From: Candidatus Kaiserbacteria bacterium
Lineage (GTDB): Bacteria > Patescibacteriota > Minisyncoccia > Phycocordibacterales > UBA918
Assembly (NCBI GenBank): GCA_016204695.1
Contig: JACQKD010000003.1
Span: forward strand, 1-56,071
Length of the DNA stretch: 56,071 bases
Direction of reading: 5' to 3'
Every line of letters begins with the position of its first letter. Position 1 is the stretch's first letter. The notes under the pieces were generated by a model that saw only the letters and a program-made list of their open reading frames with translations, was not told the DNA's origin and did not search any database. Below are positions 33,425-44,094 of the stretch, piece by piece. The position numbers and the translations under genes are program-made.

Positions 33425-35938
33425 TCAAAAGTATACGACCGAAGCGATAGAATCCCCCTCCCGCAATTTCATCACCCGCACGCCCTGCGTCTGTCTGCCG
33501 AGCGAGGGCACGTCCTTGACGGGGAGACGGATCACCTGCCCCTTTTTGCTCATGACGACGAGTTCGCCGAGTTCGAGGTCTTCAGGCGAGATTGCCGAGC
33601 CGCTCACCACCGCGCCGGTCTTTGACGTGAGCTTCGCGGTCTTGATGCCACTGCCGCCGCGACCTTGCACTTTGTATTCCTTGGCGGATGTCGTCTTGCC
33701 GTAGCCGTTCTCGGTTATGATCAAAATCTCGGCGGTCGCGGCGGCGTCTTTTCGGATCACATCCGCCGACACCACATAGTCGCTCTTGCCGAGCTTCACG
33801 CCGCGCACACCTGCGGCGGCGCGGCCCATCTGCCGGATATCCGATTCCTTGAATCGGATAGACTGGCCACGCGAAGTCACGAGCGAAACCGTGTCTCCCT
33901 TGCCCACAAACCGCGCCGCAATCAACGAGTCGTTGTCATTGAGACCGATCGCGATAAGCCCGCTACGGCGCACGTCTTTGAAGCTTGCCACGTCCGTTTT
34001 TTTCGCCACGCCCTCGCGCGTCACCATCAACATGGCGCTCTCGGCATCTTTCGCCCCTTCCCACGTCTCCTTGCGTACAGCGAGCACGGAGGTCACCGAC
34101 TCTTCGGCCGAGAGCGAGAGGAAATTCATGATTGACTTCCCTTTCGTGGCGCGCCGTCCCTCGGGGATCTCATACATCTTGATGCTGTATACCTTGCCTT
34201 TATTGGTGAAAAAGAGGAGGTCGCTATGGAGCGAGGTTGTGAGCAAGGTAGTGACAAAATCTTCCTCCTTGGTATCCAAATCCACGACGCCGACGCCGCC
34301 GCGTTTCTGCGTGCGGTATTCGCTCGGATTGGTACGCTTTATGTAGCCACCCTGCGTGAGTACGAGCACACTCTCGTCGTCGGGCACGAGATCTTCGGGA
34401 TTGAGCACTTTGACGCCGCCCGCAACGATCTTTGTCCTTCGAACATCGCCGTACTTCTCCGCGACCTCTCCAAGCTCCTTCTTGATCAGCGAGCGCATCT
34501 TGGCGACACTTTTGAGAATCGTTTCAAGCTCCTCGATCAACGCCTGCACTTCCCGCAATTCGTCTTCTATCTTCTTTCGCTCAAGACCGGCGAGCTTCGC
34601 GAGCCGCATCTCAAGAATCGCCGCCGCCTGAAGGTCGGAGAATTTAAACTTCTTCATGAGCTCGGCGTGCGCGGTCGGCACATCCTTGGCCGCGCGGATG
34701 AGCTTGATGATCTCCTCGATATGATCAAGCGCCTTTTTGAGACCGAGGAGGATATGCTCACGATCTTTGGCTTTGGTGAGATCAAACTGCGTCCTTCGGC
34801 GCACCACCTCCTCGCGATGCTTCACGTATTCCTGGAGGATCGACTTTAACGAAAGAGTCTGCGGCACACCGCCGACGATCGCCACCATATTGTAGTGGAA
34901 GGTATCTTCAAGCTGGGTGTGCTTGTAGAGTTTGTTGAGCACGGTCTGCGGTTGTGCGCCACTTTTGAGCTCGACCACCACGCGGATGTCCTTCGTCGAC
35001 TCGTCCCGCAGATCTTTAATGCCCTCTATCTTCTTGTCGCGGACGAGGTCGGCGATCTTCATCAACATGTCCGCTTTGTTCACGCGATACGGAATGGAAG
35101 TGATAATAATTGAAAACGCACCCTTTTTGTCCTCAATGATCTCCGCTTCGCCGCGGACGACTACGCCGCCCTTGCCGTTTGCGTAGGCATGCGCGATATC
35201 TTTCTTGTTAAATGCGATACCGCCGACCGGGAAGTCGGGACCTTTGACGAATTTCAAAAGATCGTCCGTCGTCGCCTCCGGGTTGTCGATGAGATGCGTG
35301 GTTGCCTCCACGACTTCGCGGAGATTGTGCGGCGGAATATTTGTCGCCATGCCAACCGCGATGCCAAGCGTGCCTTGCAATAAAAGATTCGGTACCGCCG
35401 CCGGTAGGACTTCCGGTTCGCGTTTCGTGCCGTCGAAGTTCGGCCGCCAGTTCACCGTCTCTTTCTCGATGTCGCGAAGCATCTCCTCCGCGATACGCGA
35501 CATTTTCGCCTCGGTGTATCGGTACGCGGCGGCCGGGTCCCCGTCAAGCGATCCGAAGTTGCCCTGCCCCATGATGAGCGGATAGCGCGTACTAAACGGC
35601 TGGGCGAGCTTCACGAGCGCGTCATAGACCGCCACCTCGCCGTGCGGATGGAAGCTTCCGATCACGTCGCCCACCACCGTCGCCGACTTCCTGAACCGCG
35701 CGCTTGGCGTCAGACCATTGAGCCGCATAGAATAGAGCACGCGACGATGCACGGGCTTCAGACCGTCACGCACGTCCGGAAGGGCTCGGTCGGTGATCAC
35801 CGACATCGCATAATCGAGGTACGCGCGGCGCATCTCGTCGCTGATCTCCTGTATTAAAACACCGCGCACGGGTTCCGCCGCGCGATCACCGCCGTCTCCG
35901 GGCACAGCATCTTCCTCCGTCTGATTCTTCCGAGCCAT
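33425..35938 (-). CDS. gyrA: DNA gyrase subunit A
   Basis: It contains [30 protein letters not shown] and [12 protein letters not shown] (active-site Tyr region), with C-terminal beta-pinwheel repeats. Confidence 0.96.
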   Translation of the reverse strand: MARKNQTEEDAVPGDGGDRAAEPVRGVLIQEISDEMRRAYLDYAMSVITDRALPDVRDGLKPVHRRVLYSMRLNGLTPSARFRKSATVVGDVIGSFHPHGEVAVYDALVKLAQPFSTRYPLIMGQGNFGSLDGDPAAAYRYTEAKMSRIAEEMLRDIEKETVNWRPNFDGTKREPEVLPAAVPNLLLQGTLGIAVGMATNIPPHNLREVVEATTHLIDNPEATTDDLLKFVKGPDFPVGGIAFNKKDIAHAYANGKGGVVVRGEAEIIEDKKGAFSIIITSIPYRVNKADMLMKIADLVRDKKIEGIKDLRDESTKDIRVVVELKSGAQPQTVLNKLYKHTQLEDTFHYNMVAIVGGVPQTLSLKSILQEYVKHREEVVRRRTQFDLTKAKDREHILLGLKKALDHIEEIIKLIRAAKDVPTAHAELMKKFKFSDLQAAAILEMRLAKLAGLERKKIEDELREVQALIEELETILKSVAKMRSLIKKELGEVAEKYGDVRRTKIVAGGVKVLNPEDLVPDDESVLVLTQGGYIKRTNPSEYRTQKRGGVGVVDLDTKEEDFVTTLLTTSLHSDLLFFTNKGKVYSIKMYEIPEGRRATKGKSIMNFLSLSAEESVTSVLAVRKETWEGAKDAESAMLMVTREGVAKKTDVASFKDVRRSGLIAIGLNDNDSLIAARFVGKGDTVSLVTSRGQSIRFKESDIRQMGRAAAGVRGVKLGKSDYVVSADVIRKDAAATAEILIITENGYGKTTSAKEYKVQGRGGSGIKTAKLTSKTGAVVSGSAISPEDLELGELVVMSKKGQVIRLPVKDVPSLGRQTQGVRVMKLREGDSIASVVYF

Positions 35939-36016
35939 GAAAAATTAAGAAAATGAAGCGGCTCTATTATAACACAAAAACGAGATTTTTTCGCCCGAAG
36001 AAACGACTGAAAAGCG

Positions 36017-36433
36017 TCAGTCGGAGCCGGTAGTCGTACCGATGAGGACTTCGCGGCGATCGACGGGCATGACGACGGGCTTTTCTTGAAAGGACGATTC
36101 ACCGTAGCTCGGTTCTTCGGGAGACGGAGTTCCCTCGCGATAAGTGCCGGCATCCCCAAACGGAGCTTCTTCGGGACTTGCCGGCGTCTCGCCGGACGCG
36201 CCGATGAGCTGGCCGAGGTTGTCTCGCGTATCGGAAAAGAAATTTTTCAGCTCGGTACCCGGCTCCGTCTCAAGCGGATCGGCATGCTCCGAGAGTACCT
36301 GCATCCGAGCAGGCAGTGTCACTCCCCACAAGACCACAACGACACCCGTCACACACAACGCACCCAGAAATGACATCTGCACTCGAAACTCTTTTGGTTT
36401 TTCACGTAATCGTTCGAGAAAGGGACGCTTCAT
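36017..36433 (-). CDS. Hypothetical membrane-anchored protein
   Basis: It has a single TM segment (MSFLGALCVTGVVVVLWGV) and an acidic, Pro-rich tail. It lies in the operon between the MBL hydrolase and gyrA. Confidence 0.5.
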   Translation of the reverse strand: MKRPFLERLREKPKEFRVQMSFLGALCVTGVVVVLWGVTLPARMQVLSEHADPLETEPGTELKNFFSDTRDNLGQLIGASGETPASPEEAPFGDAGTYREGTPSPEEPSYGESSFQEKPVVMPVDRREVLIGTTTGSD

Positions 36434-36439
36434 GGTGTG

Positions 36440-37060
36440 CTAATTCTTCAGCACAAGTATATCACCCTCCTTTTCAAGTAAGTCCTTCTTCTTCACAGTC
36501 AACTTCTCTTCGGGCTTTACGCCGTCAGCTCCTTCTTCTTTCAAAAATGCGGCGAGTGTTTTCGTATCGTAATGCATCGGAATGATAAGATGCGGTTCGA
36601 GTTTGACTCCGAGCGCGGAGGCCGCCGACGGATCAAGCACGTCCCCTCCGCCGACCGGTACAAACAAAATATCTACGTCTCCGAGCTCTTGGAGGATTTT
36701 CGCATCAATGGAACTCTGCGACAGAGCACCTAAAAACAAAAGTGTGATCCCCTCAAGCGTCACCTGGTAGATCGTATTGAAATAGGAAATGCCGTCGTAG
36801 GTGGTCTGTACCCCCCAGCCGCGCGCGGTTACCTCGCCGATTTCATATTCGCCCGGACCGGATACCACAAACGGTACCCGTTCACCGTAGGTGACCTGCT
36901 CGATACCGTTGAAATCCGGATGATTGAGCGATACAAACGCGATATCCGCGCCAAACTTTACTGCCGGAAAGTTCGATCCTTTGGCAATCGGGTTAAAGAC
37001 AAGCGTCAGATTGCCCGAAGAAACCTTGAAACACTCCCCGCCGTGGTAGGTGATAATCAT
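36440..37060 (-). CDS. Metal-dependent hydrolase, MBL fold (UPF0173-like)
   Basis: It reads MIITYHGGECFKVSSGNLTLVFNP...DIAFVSLNHPDFNG...DILFVPVGGGDVLD...IIPMHYD. The 343 aa track ORF is over-extended, so I used the ATG at 37060. Confidence 0.75.
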   Translation of the reverse strand: MIITYHGGECFKVSSGNLTLVFNPIAKGSNFPAVKFGADIAFVSLNHPDFNGIEQVTYGERVPFVVSGPGEYEIGEVTARGWGVQTTYDGISYFNTIYQVTLEGITLLFLGALSQSSIDAKILQELGDVDILFVPVGGGDVLDPSAASALGVKLEPHLIIPMHYDTKTLAAFLKEEGADGVKPEEKLTVKKKDLLEKEGDILVLKN

Positions 37061-37139
37061 ATGGAGGAGAGTATAGCATGATGCCAGACAGGCAAAAATT
37101 ATCGTTGCGAGCACCTCACGGGTAATATACACTGGGTGT

Positions 37140-37454
37140 ATGTTAGATGATCGAGACATACAAAAACTTTCTGACGTGTTCGTTACCAAGGCCGAACATA
37201 AGGAACTAAAAGATACCACCGTACGCATTGCGGAAATGGTGACAAAACATGATATCCAGTTGGATCGTCTTGAAAAGAAAGTTGAGAATATCGAGACTGC
37301 TACCAAAGCGATTCTAACTGCCGTAGACAAAATCAGTAAGAGTGTTGACGACTTACGGCACGAATACATCGCTATCAAATTACAGCTCGACCGGCACGAG
37401 AAATGGATCAAAGAAATCGCCGAAAAGACCGGTGTGGCTCTTTCTCCGGCGTAA
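37140..37454 (+). CDS. Hypothetical small coiled-coil protein
   Basis: It is low in GC and has a heptad-like sequence (KELKDTTVRIAEMVTKHDIQLDRLEKKVENIETATKAILTAVDKISKSVDDLRHEYIAIKLQLDRHEKWIKEIAEK). The overlapping minus ORF is the spurious extension of the MBL gene. Confidence 0.5.
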   Translation: MLDDRDIQKLSDVFVTKAEHKELKDTTVRIAEMVTKHDIQLDRLEKKVENIETATKAILTAVDKISKSVDDLRHEYIAIKLQLDRHEKWIKEIAEKTGVALSPA

Positions 37455-37594
37455 CACAATAGGATGGACAAAGCGGAATTTTTGTTCTACACTCTTTTCG
37501 TTCTCATTATTAATTCTCATGGGGCGCCGGTAATCCCGGCATGCGCACACGGCAACGAGTCATGGATAGCCGGGGCGGCGCCTCACGGATACAT

Positions 37595-38758
37595 ATGGAT
37601 GAAAAAAATACCGCAGTGACGGACGAGTTTGTCGCTCTTCCGATGACGGACGAAGAAGACGACGTCGAGAATAACAAAAAAAGCTCCCCGATGGGGGCCC
37701 TTGTAGTACAGAGTCCCCAGCCGCCGCAGGCGGGTGATCTTGTCGAGGGTATCGTTTCGGCTATCGGCCGGGCAAGGGTATTCGTTGATCTGCCTCCGTT
37801 CGGGAGCGGCATCATCTACGGCCGCGAGTATCTGAACGCCCGCGACATTCTCCGGAAAGTACAGGTTGGCGACACGATCGCGGCAAAAGTGGTCGACACG
37901 GAAAACGAAGACGGCTATCTTGAGCTGTCGCTCAAGGAAGCTCGGCAAGCGCTCATCTGGAGCGATGCCGAAGAAGCGCAGAAGAAGCAGACGATTCTCA
38001 ATCTGCCGGTCAAGGAAGCCAATAAGGGCGGCCTCATCCTGACATGGCAGGGTATCGCGGGCTTCCTCCCCGCCTCACAGCTTGCGGCCGAGCACTACCC
38101 GCGCGTCGAGGACGGCGACAAGGATAAGATCTACAGTGAGCTTCAGAAGATGGTCGGCCAGGCGCTGAACGTCGTTATCATTACCGCCGACCAGAAAGAA
38201 GGCAAACTTATCTTCTCGGAAAAGGGTCCGCAGGAAAAAGAAGAGAAGGAAGAAAAAGTCAGCCGCTACGCGGTCGGCGACACGCTTGAGGGTACCGTCA
38301 CCGGTGCAGTTGATTTTGGCATCTTTGTAAAGCTCGAAGAAGGACTCGAGGGACTGGTGCATATCTCCGAGCTTGACTGGGGACTCGTCGAAGACACTCG
38401 AGCGCTGTATAAAGTCGGCGACAAGGTAAAAGTGAAAATCATCGAAGTCAAAGACGACAAAATTTCCCTCTCGATCAAACAACTTGAAGAAAATCCGTGG
38501 GTCGGCGCAGGAAAGAAATACGCAAAAGACCAGACGGTGCAGGGCGTCATCATCAAATACAACAAGCATGGCGCACTCGCCTCGATTGAGGAAGGCGTCG
38601 CGGGCCTTGTACATATCTCGGAATTTGCTTCGGAGCAAGAGCTTCGCAACACGCTTGAGCTCGGCAAGAGCTATCCCTTGAAGATCACGCTCTTCGAGCC
38701 GAAAGAACAGCGCATGACCTTCTCATACAAAGAGGCCCTCGCGGAGCAAGCGAAATAA
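37595..38758 (+). CDS. rpsA: 30S ribosomal protein S1 (four S1 domains)
   Basis: S1/OB units repeat: G..VEG.V, GFLPASQL, GTVTGAVDFGIFVKLEEGLEGLVHISEL and GVIIKYNKHGALASIEEGVAGLVHISEF. The start is uncertain (37541, 37562 or 37595). Confidence 0.85.
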   Translation: MDEKNTAVTDEFVALPMTDEEDDVENNKKSSPMGALVVQSPQPPQAGDLVEGIVSAIGRARVFVDLPPFGSGIIYGREYLNARDILRKVQVGDTIAAKVVDTENEDGYLELSLKEARQALIWSDAEEAQKKQTILNLPVKEANKGGLILTWQGIAGFLPASQLAAEHYPRVEDGDKDKIYSELQKMVGQALNVVIITADQKEGKLIFSEKGPQEKEEKEEKVSRYAVGDTLEGTVTGAVDFGIFVKLEEGLEGLVHISELDWGLVEDTRALYKVGDKVKVKIIEVKDDKISLSIKQLEENPWVGAGKKYAKDQTVQGVIIKYNKHGALASIEEGVAGLVHISEFASEQELRNTLELGKSYPLKITLFEPKEQRMTFSYKEALAEQAK

Positions 38759-38762
38759 TATA

Positions 38763-39026
38763 TCACTTGGCCAAATAATTATATAGGACAGCGACAGTGG
38801 CACCCAACAACCAAAATGCACCCGCTTCAATCACTGTGCCAAAAAGGATGTGCCCGAAACGAGAATCGAACTTCGTCACCTTGAGGTGAAGCCCGGCAAC
38901 AGATACATTCATAATCCACTCATAGGAACGTGGGAACAGAGAAATCCATACATGGAACAGTGTATGTAGAATGATATCAATAATAGCGAAGGTGTTTGCG
39001 AGACCGAGAACATTAAATTCTTGCAT
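38763..39026 (-). CDS. Hypothetical small membrane protein
   Basis: It has two to three hydrophobic segments and low GC. I recognise no family. Confidence 0.4.
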   Translation of the reverse strand: MQEFNVLGLANTFAIIDIILHTLFHVWISLFPRSYEWIMNVSVAGLHLKVTKFDSRFGHILFGTVIEAGAFWLLGATVAVLYNYLAK

Positions 39027-39059
39027 AAGTGTTTTTGATGTTATTACTATAACCTATTC

Positions 39060-39638
39060 TTATTCCTTCTTCGCCCACAGACTGGAAAAGTATTTCAGTA
39101 CGTTTGCGTTTTTATAGACCAATCCCAGTGTGGTAAGTCCAATCACAAATGTGATACCGAAATAAACTCCTTTGTTGAATGTTAAACCCCCGAAGTAATA
39201 AATGAGAAACATAAGAGGGAACGTTCCCAACACTGTCGAAAAGAGAAATGTACTCCATCTCATCTTCGTGAGTCCTGCAACGTAGCCCATATGGTCAAAA
39301 AATGGAACGGCGACAAGCCGAATAGCAACGAGTGCCCAAAACTTTTGGCGTTCTGAGTATTTTTCTTCCCACTCCTCCACCGTTCGCAAGAGGGTGAATC
39401 GTTTCACCAGAGGTTTTCTAAACCTTCTCGCAAGCCAAAAAGTCACCAAAGAACCGAGTATAATTCCCACCTCTCCCAAGACCAGTCCAACTATCCAACC
39501 AAACATCAGGATACCAATCAGATCAGTCAGAATCCCTGGAATAGGTGGGATAATAACAGCGATTGCCCGTACTGCTACAAAGAGCGCTGGGGCGAGTGTT
39601 GGGTATTCTGAAAACAGTTTTGTTAAAAATTCTTCCAC
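39060..39638 (-). CDS. TVP38/TMEM64 (DedA-related) family membrane protein
   Basis: FVAVRAIAVIIPPIPGILTDLIGILMFGW...GSLVTFWLARRFRKPLVKRF is the family signature region. Confidence 0.7.
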   Translation of the reverse strand: MEEFLTKLFSEYPTLAPALFVAVRAIAVIIPPIPGILTDLIGILMFGWIVGLVLGEVGIILGSLVTFWLARRFRKPLVKRFTLLRTVEEWEEKYSERQKFWALVAIRLVAVPFFDHMGYVAGLTKMRWSTFLFSTVLGTFPLMFLIYYFGGLTFNKGVYFGITFVIGLTTLGLVYKNANVLKYFSSLWAKKE

Positions 39639-39646
39639 GCTAGTTT

Positions 39647-40234
39647 TTAATTAAATTGATTCATTGCTTTTTGGAGACCGTCGGTGAGGATGGTTTCGAT
39701 TGCTTCCCCGACTTGTTTGGAGATTTTTTTGAGGGCCTCTTGTTCGGGTTTTTTAAATTCGCCCATGAGAAAGTCGATGATTTTCTCCTCATCTTTTGGC
39801 TTCTTCAGCTTGCCGGACGGAGTCGTGGGCGCGATGCCGACGCGAATGCGGATAAAATCTCTCGTTTTAAGGGCTTTGATAATGGACTCAACTCCTTTGT
39901 GTCCTCCCGAGCCGCGGCCAAAGGAAATTTTCATGGTGCCGAGCGGCAGGTCGAGATCATCGTAGACCACGATAAGATTTTTCGCTTTTTTTGCGCTCGA
40001 TATCGCCTTCGCGACCGCGCTCCCCGACTTGTTCATATATGTTTCGGGCCAGAGCACGAAAACATCTTCTCCGCCGCAATCACCTTCCGAAACAAGCGAC
40101 GCATATTTTTTTGATTCAATCGGCTCCGGCAGATGCTGTTTTTTCAAAAAGTACGCGAGTACGATGCGGCCGGTGTTGTGCCTTGTCGCTTCGTATTCTT
40201 CGCCGGGATTGCCGAGACCTACGATCCAATACAT
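39647..40234 (-). CDS. pth: Peptidyl-tRNA hydrolase
   Basis: It contains MYWIVGLGNPGEEYEATRHNTG and DDLDLPLGTMKISFGRGSGGHKGVESI. Confidence 0.92.
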   Translation of the reverse strand: MYWIVGLGNPGEEYEATRHNTGRIVLAYFLKKQHLPEPIESKKYASLVSEGDCGGEDVFVLWPETYMNKSGSAVAKAISSAKKAKNLIVVYDDLDLPLGTMKISFGRGSGGHKGVESIIKALKTRDFIRIRVGIAPTTPSGKLKKPKDEEKIIDFLMGEFKKPEQEALKKISKQVGEAIETILTDGLQKAMNQFN

Positions 40235-40347
40235 GCGATATATCGTATCACAACCGCGCACATCAGTGCCGGCACACGCTTCATCTCCGTCAGAACAGTT
40301 GTACCATCGCGCGATGCCTTGTATACTACACGCACTACGTGCTCTCT

Positions 40348-40953
40348 ATGGATGATCGCTTCACATCACCGTCGCCGCTCATACCACAGGAACATTTTTT
40401 TGCCGATCTGGTGCGCTTCGCCATCATTGCGGTGCTTGTCGTATTTCCGATACGTCTGTTCATCGCACAGCCATTCATCGTCGCGGGGGCTTCAATGGAG
40501 CCAACATTCGAAAACGGCCAGTATCTGATCATTGATGAGATCACCTATCGCCTTGAAGATCCGGAACGCGGCGACGTCATCATCTTCCGTTACCCGCGCG
40601 ACCCGTCGAAATTCTTCATAAAACGCATCATTGCCCTGCCTGGAGAAACAATTACGGTGGAGGGCGTCGAGGTCAGTATCCGCAACAAGACCCATCCTGA
40701 TGGATTTGTTCTCGACGAGCCGTATATCAATGACATGCGCCAGCCGACAACGCTCTCGCAGACCCTTGGCAAAGACGAATACTTCGTACTCGGCGACAAC
40801 CGCGACGCGAGTTCCGATTCGCGCGTCTGGGGAGTGCTCAAACGCGACCTCATCATCGGCCGCGCCTTTCTGCGCCTCCTGCCGATAGGTTCAGCGAGCG
40901 TGTTCCCCGGCTATAGCGTACCGACCGAGAGCACGTCTCCCCGGCAGGAATAA
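40348..40953 (+). CDS. lepB: Signal peptidase I
   Basis: A TM anchor is followed by VAGASMEPTF (catalytic Ser), KRIIALPGE (Lys box) and VLGDNRDASSDSR. I trimmed the start to the ATG at 40348. Confidence 0.9.
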   Translation: MDDRFTSPSPLIPQEHFFADLVRFAIIAVLVVFPIRLFIAQPFIVAGASMEPTFENGQYLIIDEITYRLEDPERGDVIIFRYPRDPSKFFIKRIIALPGETITVEGVEVSIRNKTHPDGFVLDEPYINDMRQPTTLSQTLGKDEYFVLGDNRDASSDSRVWGVLKRDLIIGRAFLRLLPIGSASVFPGYSVPTESTSPRQE

Positions 40954-40977
40954 TGCCGAAGATCGTATGTATACACT

Positions 40978-42153
40978 ATGACTTTGTTCTCTCCACTGGA
41001 GTTTCTCAAAGCGGCAAATCGCACCGCGCATCATTTTGGCTTTTTGCCGTTTGAAGTGCTCGCTTCATCAGCCGCACGACAGAAAAAAGAATCGGCTATC
41101 CAGAAAGCGACGGCGGAGGACCGCAAACTCGACGCCATGCACGGCCTGCTCACGAACGGCGTCAGCCTGTATTTCGAACGGGGCATACCGCTACCGACTC
41201 CCGGAAAACCGTCGTTCTTTTTTTCGACATGCGTACTGCCGAAAAACGGATCGATCGCGCTTGCGCTCCACATTGTCGGCGTGCGCAAAAGTATCGCCGA
41301 GGCGCTCCTCATCCAGGCACTTCGATCCCTGGCCCGCGACCTCACTCGGGAAACGTGTCATGTCCGGATCAATTCTCTCGGCGACTACGAGTCGGTGACG
41401 CGCTACACGCGCGAGCTGGGCACCTATTTCAGAAAGCGGCTTGATGACATGCCCCGCGAGGCGCGGGAACTCATGCGGACGGATGTAGCGGCGGCGTACC
41501 TCCACCTGCTCGATATCGACCATGAGCTATGCGCGAAGAGTCCCAGCCCTCTCGAATACTTGAGCGACCCGTCACGACGGCATTTCCGGGAAATCGTCGA
41601 ACATCTCGACATGACAGCGACACCCTACGAGATCGATCCGCGCCTCATGGGACATCACCATTGTTACAGTGATACGTTGTTCACGCTTGAATTCCATGAA
41701 AACGGCGAAGACCGCCCCGCACCCCCGCTTGTCATACGAGGCGGCCGGCTCGATGCGTTCGTCAAACACGCCTTTAAGACGGATGTGCCGGCGGCGGGCG
41801 CGGTGATCATCTTCAGCGGGAAAAAAGCGCCGGCGCGTATGCCGCGCCCGCGCCGCGCGACACCGTCCATCTTCATGGTGCAGATCGGCTTCGGACCGAA
41901 GATCAAGAGCTTGATACTGCTCGACATGTTGAAGTCAGCCGACATCCCCGTCCATCAGGCGCTCGTCAGCGATTCCTTGAGCGATCAACTGCGCCAAGCG
42001 GAGACGACAAACGTGCCGTTTTCCATCATTCTCGGTCAGAAAGAATTTGTCGAAAACAGCGTCATCCTGCGCGATATGCGCTCCCGCTCGCAACAACAAA
42101 TCCCGTTCGACACCCTTATCCCCCACCTCAAGCGCCTCCTGAAGAAGGTCTGA
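40978..42153 (+). CDS. Histidyl-tRNA synthetase-like protein with degenerate catalytic motifs
   Basis: It is collinear with HisRS. INSLGDYESVTRYTRELGTYF corresponds to LNSIG..., GGRLDAF to GGRYD, and there is a C-terminal anticodon-binding-like VPFSIILGQKEFVENSVILRDMRS. However, motif 2 (FRYERPQ.GR.R) reads YFERGIPLPTPGKPSFFF and RGLDYY reads GHHHCY. Confidence 0.6.
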   Translation: MTLFSPLEFLKAANRTAHHFGFLPFEVLASSAARQKKESAIQKATAEDRKLDAMHGLLTNGVSLYFERGIPLPTPGKPSFFFSTCVLPKNGSIALALHIVGVRKSIAEALLIQALRSLARDLTRETCHVRINSLGDYESVTRYTRELGTYFRKRLDDMPREARELMRTDVAAAYLHLLDIDHELCAKSPSPLEYLSDPSRRHFREIVEHLDMTATPYEIDPRLMGHHHCYSDTLFTLEFHENGEDRPAPPLVIRGGRLDAFVKHAFKTDVPAAGAVIIFSGKKAPARMPRPRRATPSIFMVQIGFGPKIKSLILLDMLKSADIPVHQALVSDSLSDQLRQAETTNVPFSIILGQKEFVENSVILRDMRSRSQQQIPFDTLIPHLKRLLKKV

Positions 42154-42221
42154 CATCGGTCCGGTCGACCTTCGGCCGCTCTTGCGGGGACTATAGAGCA
42201 TATGGTATGCTCATCCCCATT

Positions 42222-42461
42222 ATGGCAGTCAATGTAGAAGTAGAGAAAAACGGGCCTGAAAGCACGGCAAATCTGATTCGCCGCTTCACGAAGCGGATGC
42301 AAGGCGCCGGCATTGTCCAAAAAATTCGCGGCACGCGGTATTTTAAGCGCGACAAATCGGAAAATGTGCACCGGCACTCCAAGCTCCTCCGTCTCAAGCG
42401 TCAAAAAGAATACGAGCGACTGTTGAAACTGGGCAAAATCCAAGATCCCCGGCAACGCTAG
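42222..42461 (+). CDS. rpsU: 30S ribosomal protein S21
   Basis: MAVNVEVEKNGPESTANLIRRFTKRMQGAGIVQKIRGTRYFKRDKSENVHRHSK is basic and S21-like. Confidence 0.8.
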   Translation: MAVNVEVEKNGPESTANLIRRFTKRMQGAGIVQKIRGTRYFKRDKSENVHRHSKLLRLKRQKEYERLLKLGKIQDPRQR

Positions 42462-42475
42462 TAAATCTATCCCGT

Positions 42476-42865
42476 ATGATAGAGCGAGGCCGCGTTTCGA
42501 TTTCCTCTACCGCCCGGAGATACCCTCAGCTTCCCTACCAAGCAATAAAAGACGACATCCTCGGACGCACATACGCGCTTTCGCTCGTATTCGTGGGCAC
42601 CTCGCGCGCGCAAGCGATCAATCGGACCAATCGCGGCAAATCGTACATACCGAACGTACTCTCATTTCCGCTTGATGCGCACACCGGCGAGATTTTCATC
42701 ACACCGCAGATCGCGAGAAAAGAAGCATCCGCTCGCGACATGACCGTAAACGGATACACCGGTTTTCTTTTTATCCACGCACTCCTTCATTTGAAAGGAA
42801 TGCATCACGGCGATACAATGGATGTGCTTGAGAAGCGGTACTGCACCAAGTACCGTCTTGCATGA
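42476..42865 (+). CDS. ybeY: rRNA maturation endoribonuclease YbeY
   Basis: It has NVLSFPL and the metal site HALLHLKGMHHGD (H..LH..G..H). Confidence 0.8.
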   Translation: MIERGRVSISSTARRYPQLPYQAIKDDILGRTYALSLVFVGTSRAQAINRTNRGKSYIPNVLSFPLDAHTGEIFITPQIARKEASARDMTVNGYTGFLFIHALLHLKGMHHGDTMDVLEKRYCTKYRLA

Positions 42866-42920
42866 GGCACGGTTCTTACCCTGCGTTTTTTGTATCTCGG
42901 CTTCGACTCTCATTATTTCC

Positions 42921-44090
42921 ATGGCAGATCGTACGATAACAGGCATCGACATCGGCACCTACCAGGTGAAGGTCGTTATTGCGCGCCAACCGAAAAAAGG
43001 AAGTCCTCATGTACTCCCGCACATCCTCGGTACCGGCATCGCGGAGTCCCGCGGGATGCGACATGGCTATATCATCAATGAAAGCAACGTTGTAAAGAGT
43101 GTCCGTGCCGCAATGGCGCAAGCCCAGCAGGCGGCCGGCGTGGATGTGAAGCGGGCATACCTGGCTGTCGGCGGCATCGGTCTTGATGAAATCCATTCCT
43201 ATGGCGAAGTGATCACGTCCCGCGCCGATTCGGAGATCTCGCAGATCGATATCGATAAGGCCTTAAACGACAGCGAGGAGCGCATCCAAGAAAAAGTGCC
43301 GAATCGCAAAATTTTACACGCGATTCCCCTTTCGTACGCCATAGACAACGAGAAGGTGCTCGGGCGGCCGCACGGCATGAAAGGCACCAAGCTCGAAGTG
43401 GAATCTCTTTTTGTTACGTGTTTCGAACAACATATCAATGATCTTATGAGCGCCGTGGAGCATACGGGCATCATCGTCGACGACGTCATGGCCTCTCCGC
43501 TTGCGGGCTCGCTCGTCATGCTGACAAAAACCCAGCGGCGGGCGGGATGCGTGCTTGCAAATATCGGAGCCGAGACTGTTTCTATCGTTGTGTTCGAGAA
43601 CCACACGCCAATATCGCTCAAAGTCTTCCCCGTCGGCTCCACCGACATTACGAACGATATCGCGTTGGGCTTGAAGGTACCCCTTGAAGAAGCCGAAAAA
43701 CTCAAGCGCGGCCATGGGACGAGCGCCGCATACTCCAAACGCAAACTCGACGAAATCGTGGGTGCGCGTCTCTCCGACATATTCGAACTCATAGACGCAC
43801 ATCTCAAAAAGATCAAGCGCGACGGGCTTCTGCCCGCAGGCATCATCATCACAGGCGGAGGCTCGGGTATTGCTACCATACAAGATCTCGCACGCGCCTC
43901 GCTCCGGTTGCCATCGCGTATCGCAACGCTCGATCCGGGACAGAACGGGAAGGTGCGGGATGCTTCATGGGCCGTGGCATACGGGCTCTGTGTATGGGGC
44001 GCAAGCGGCGAAGTCGAAGATACCGGCATCAGGGTGGCGCGCAGCACCGGTAACTCGATTGTAAATTGGCTCAAACAATTTCTACCCTAG
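42921..44090 (+). CDS. ftsA: Cell division protein FtsA
   Basis: It contains ITGIDIGTYQVKVVIA, ANIGAETVSIVVF and IIITGGGSGI (actin-fold phosphate and adenosine motifs). It lies immediately upstream of ftsZ. Confidence 0.9.
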   Translation: MADRTITGIDIGTYQVKVVIARQPKKGSPHVLPHILGTGIAESRGMRHGYIINESNVVKSVRAAMAQAQQAAGVDVKRAYLAVGGIGLDEIHSYGEVITSRADSEISQIDIDKALNDSEERIQEKVPNRKILHAIPLSYAIDNEKVLGRPHGMKGTKLEVESLFVTCFEQHINDLMSAVEHTGIIVDDVMASPLAGSLVMLTKTQRRAGCVLANIGAETVSIVVFENHTPISLKVFPVGSTDITNDIALGLKVPLEEAEKLKRGHGTSAAYSKRKLDEIVGARLSDIFELIDAHLKKIKRDGLLPAGIIITGGGSGIATIQDLARASLRLPSRIATLDPGQNGKVRDASWAVAYGLCVWGASGEVEDTGIRVARSTGNSIVNWLKQFLP

Positions 44091-44094
44091 ATTA

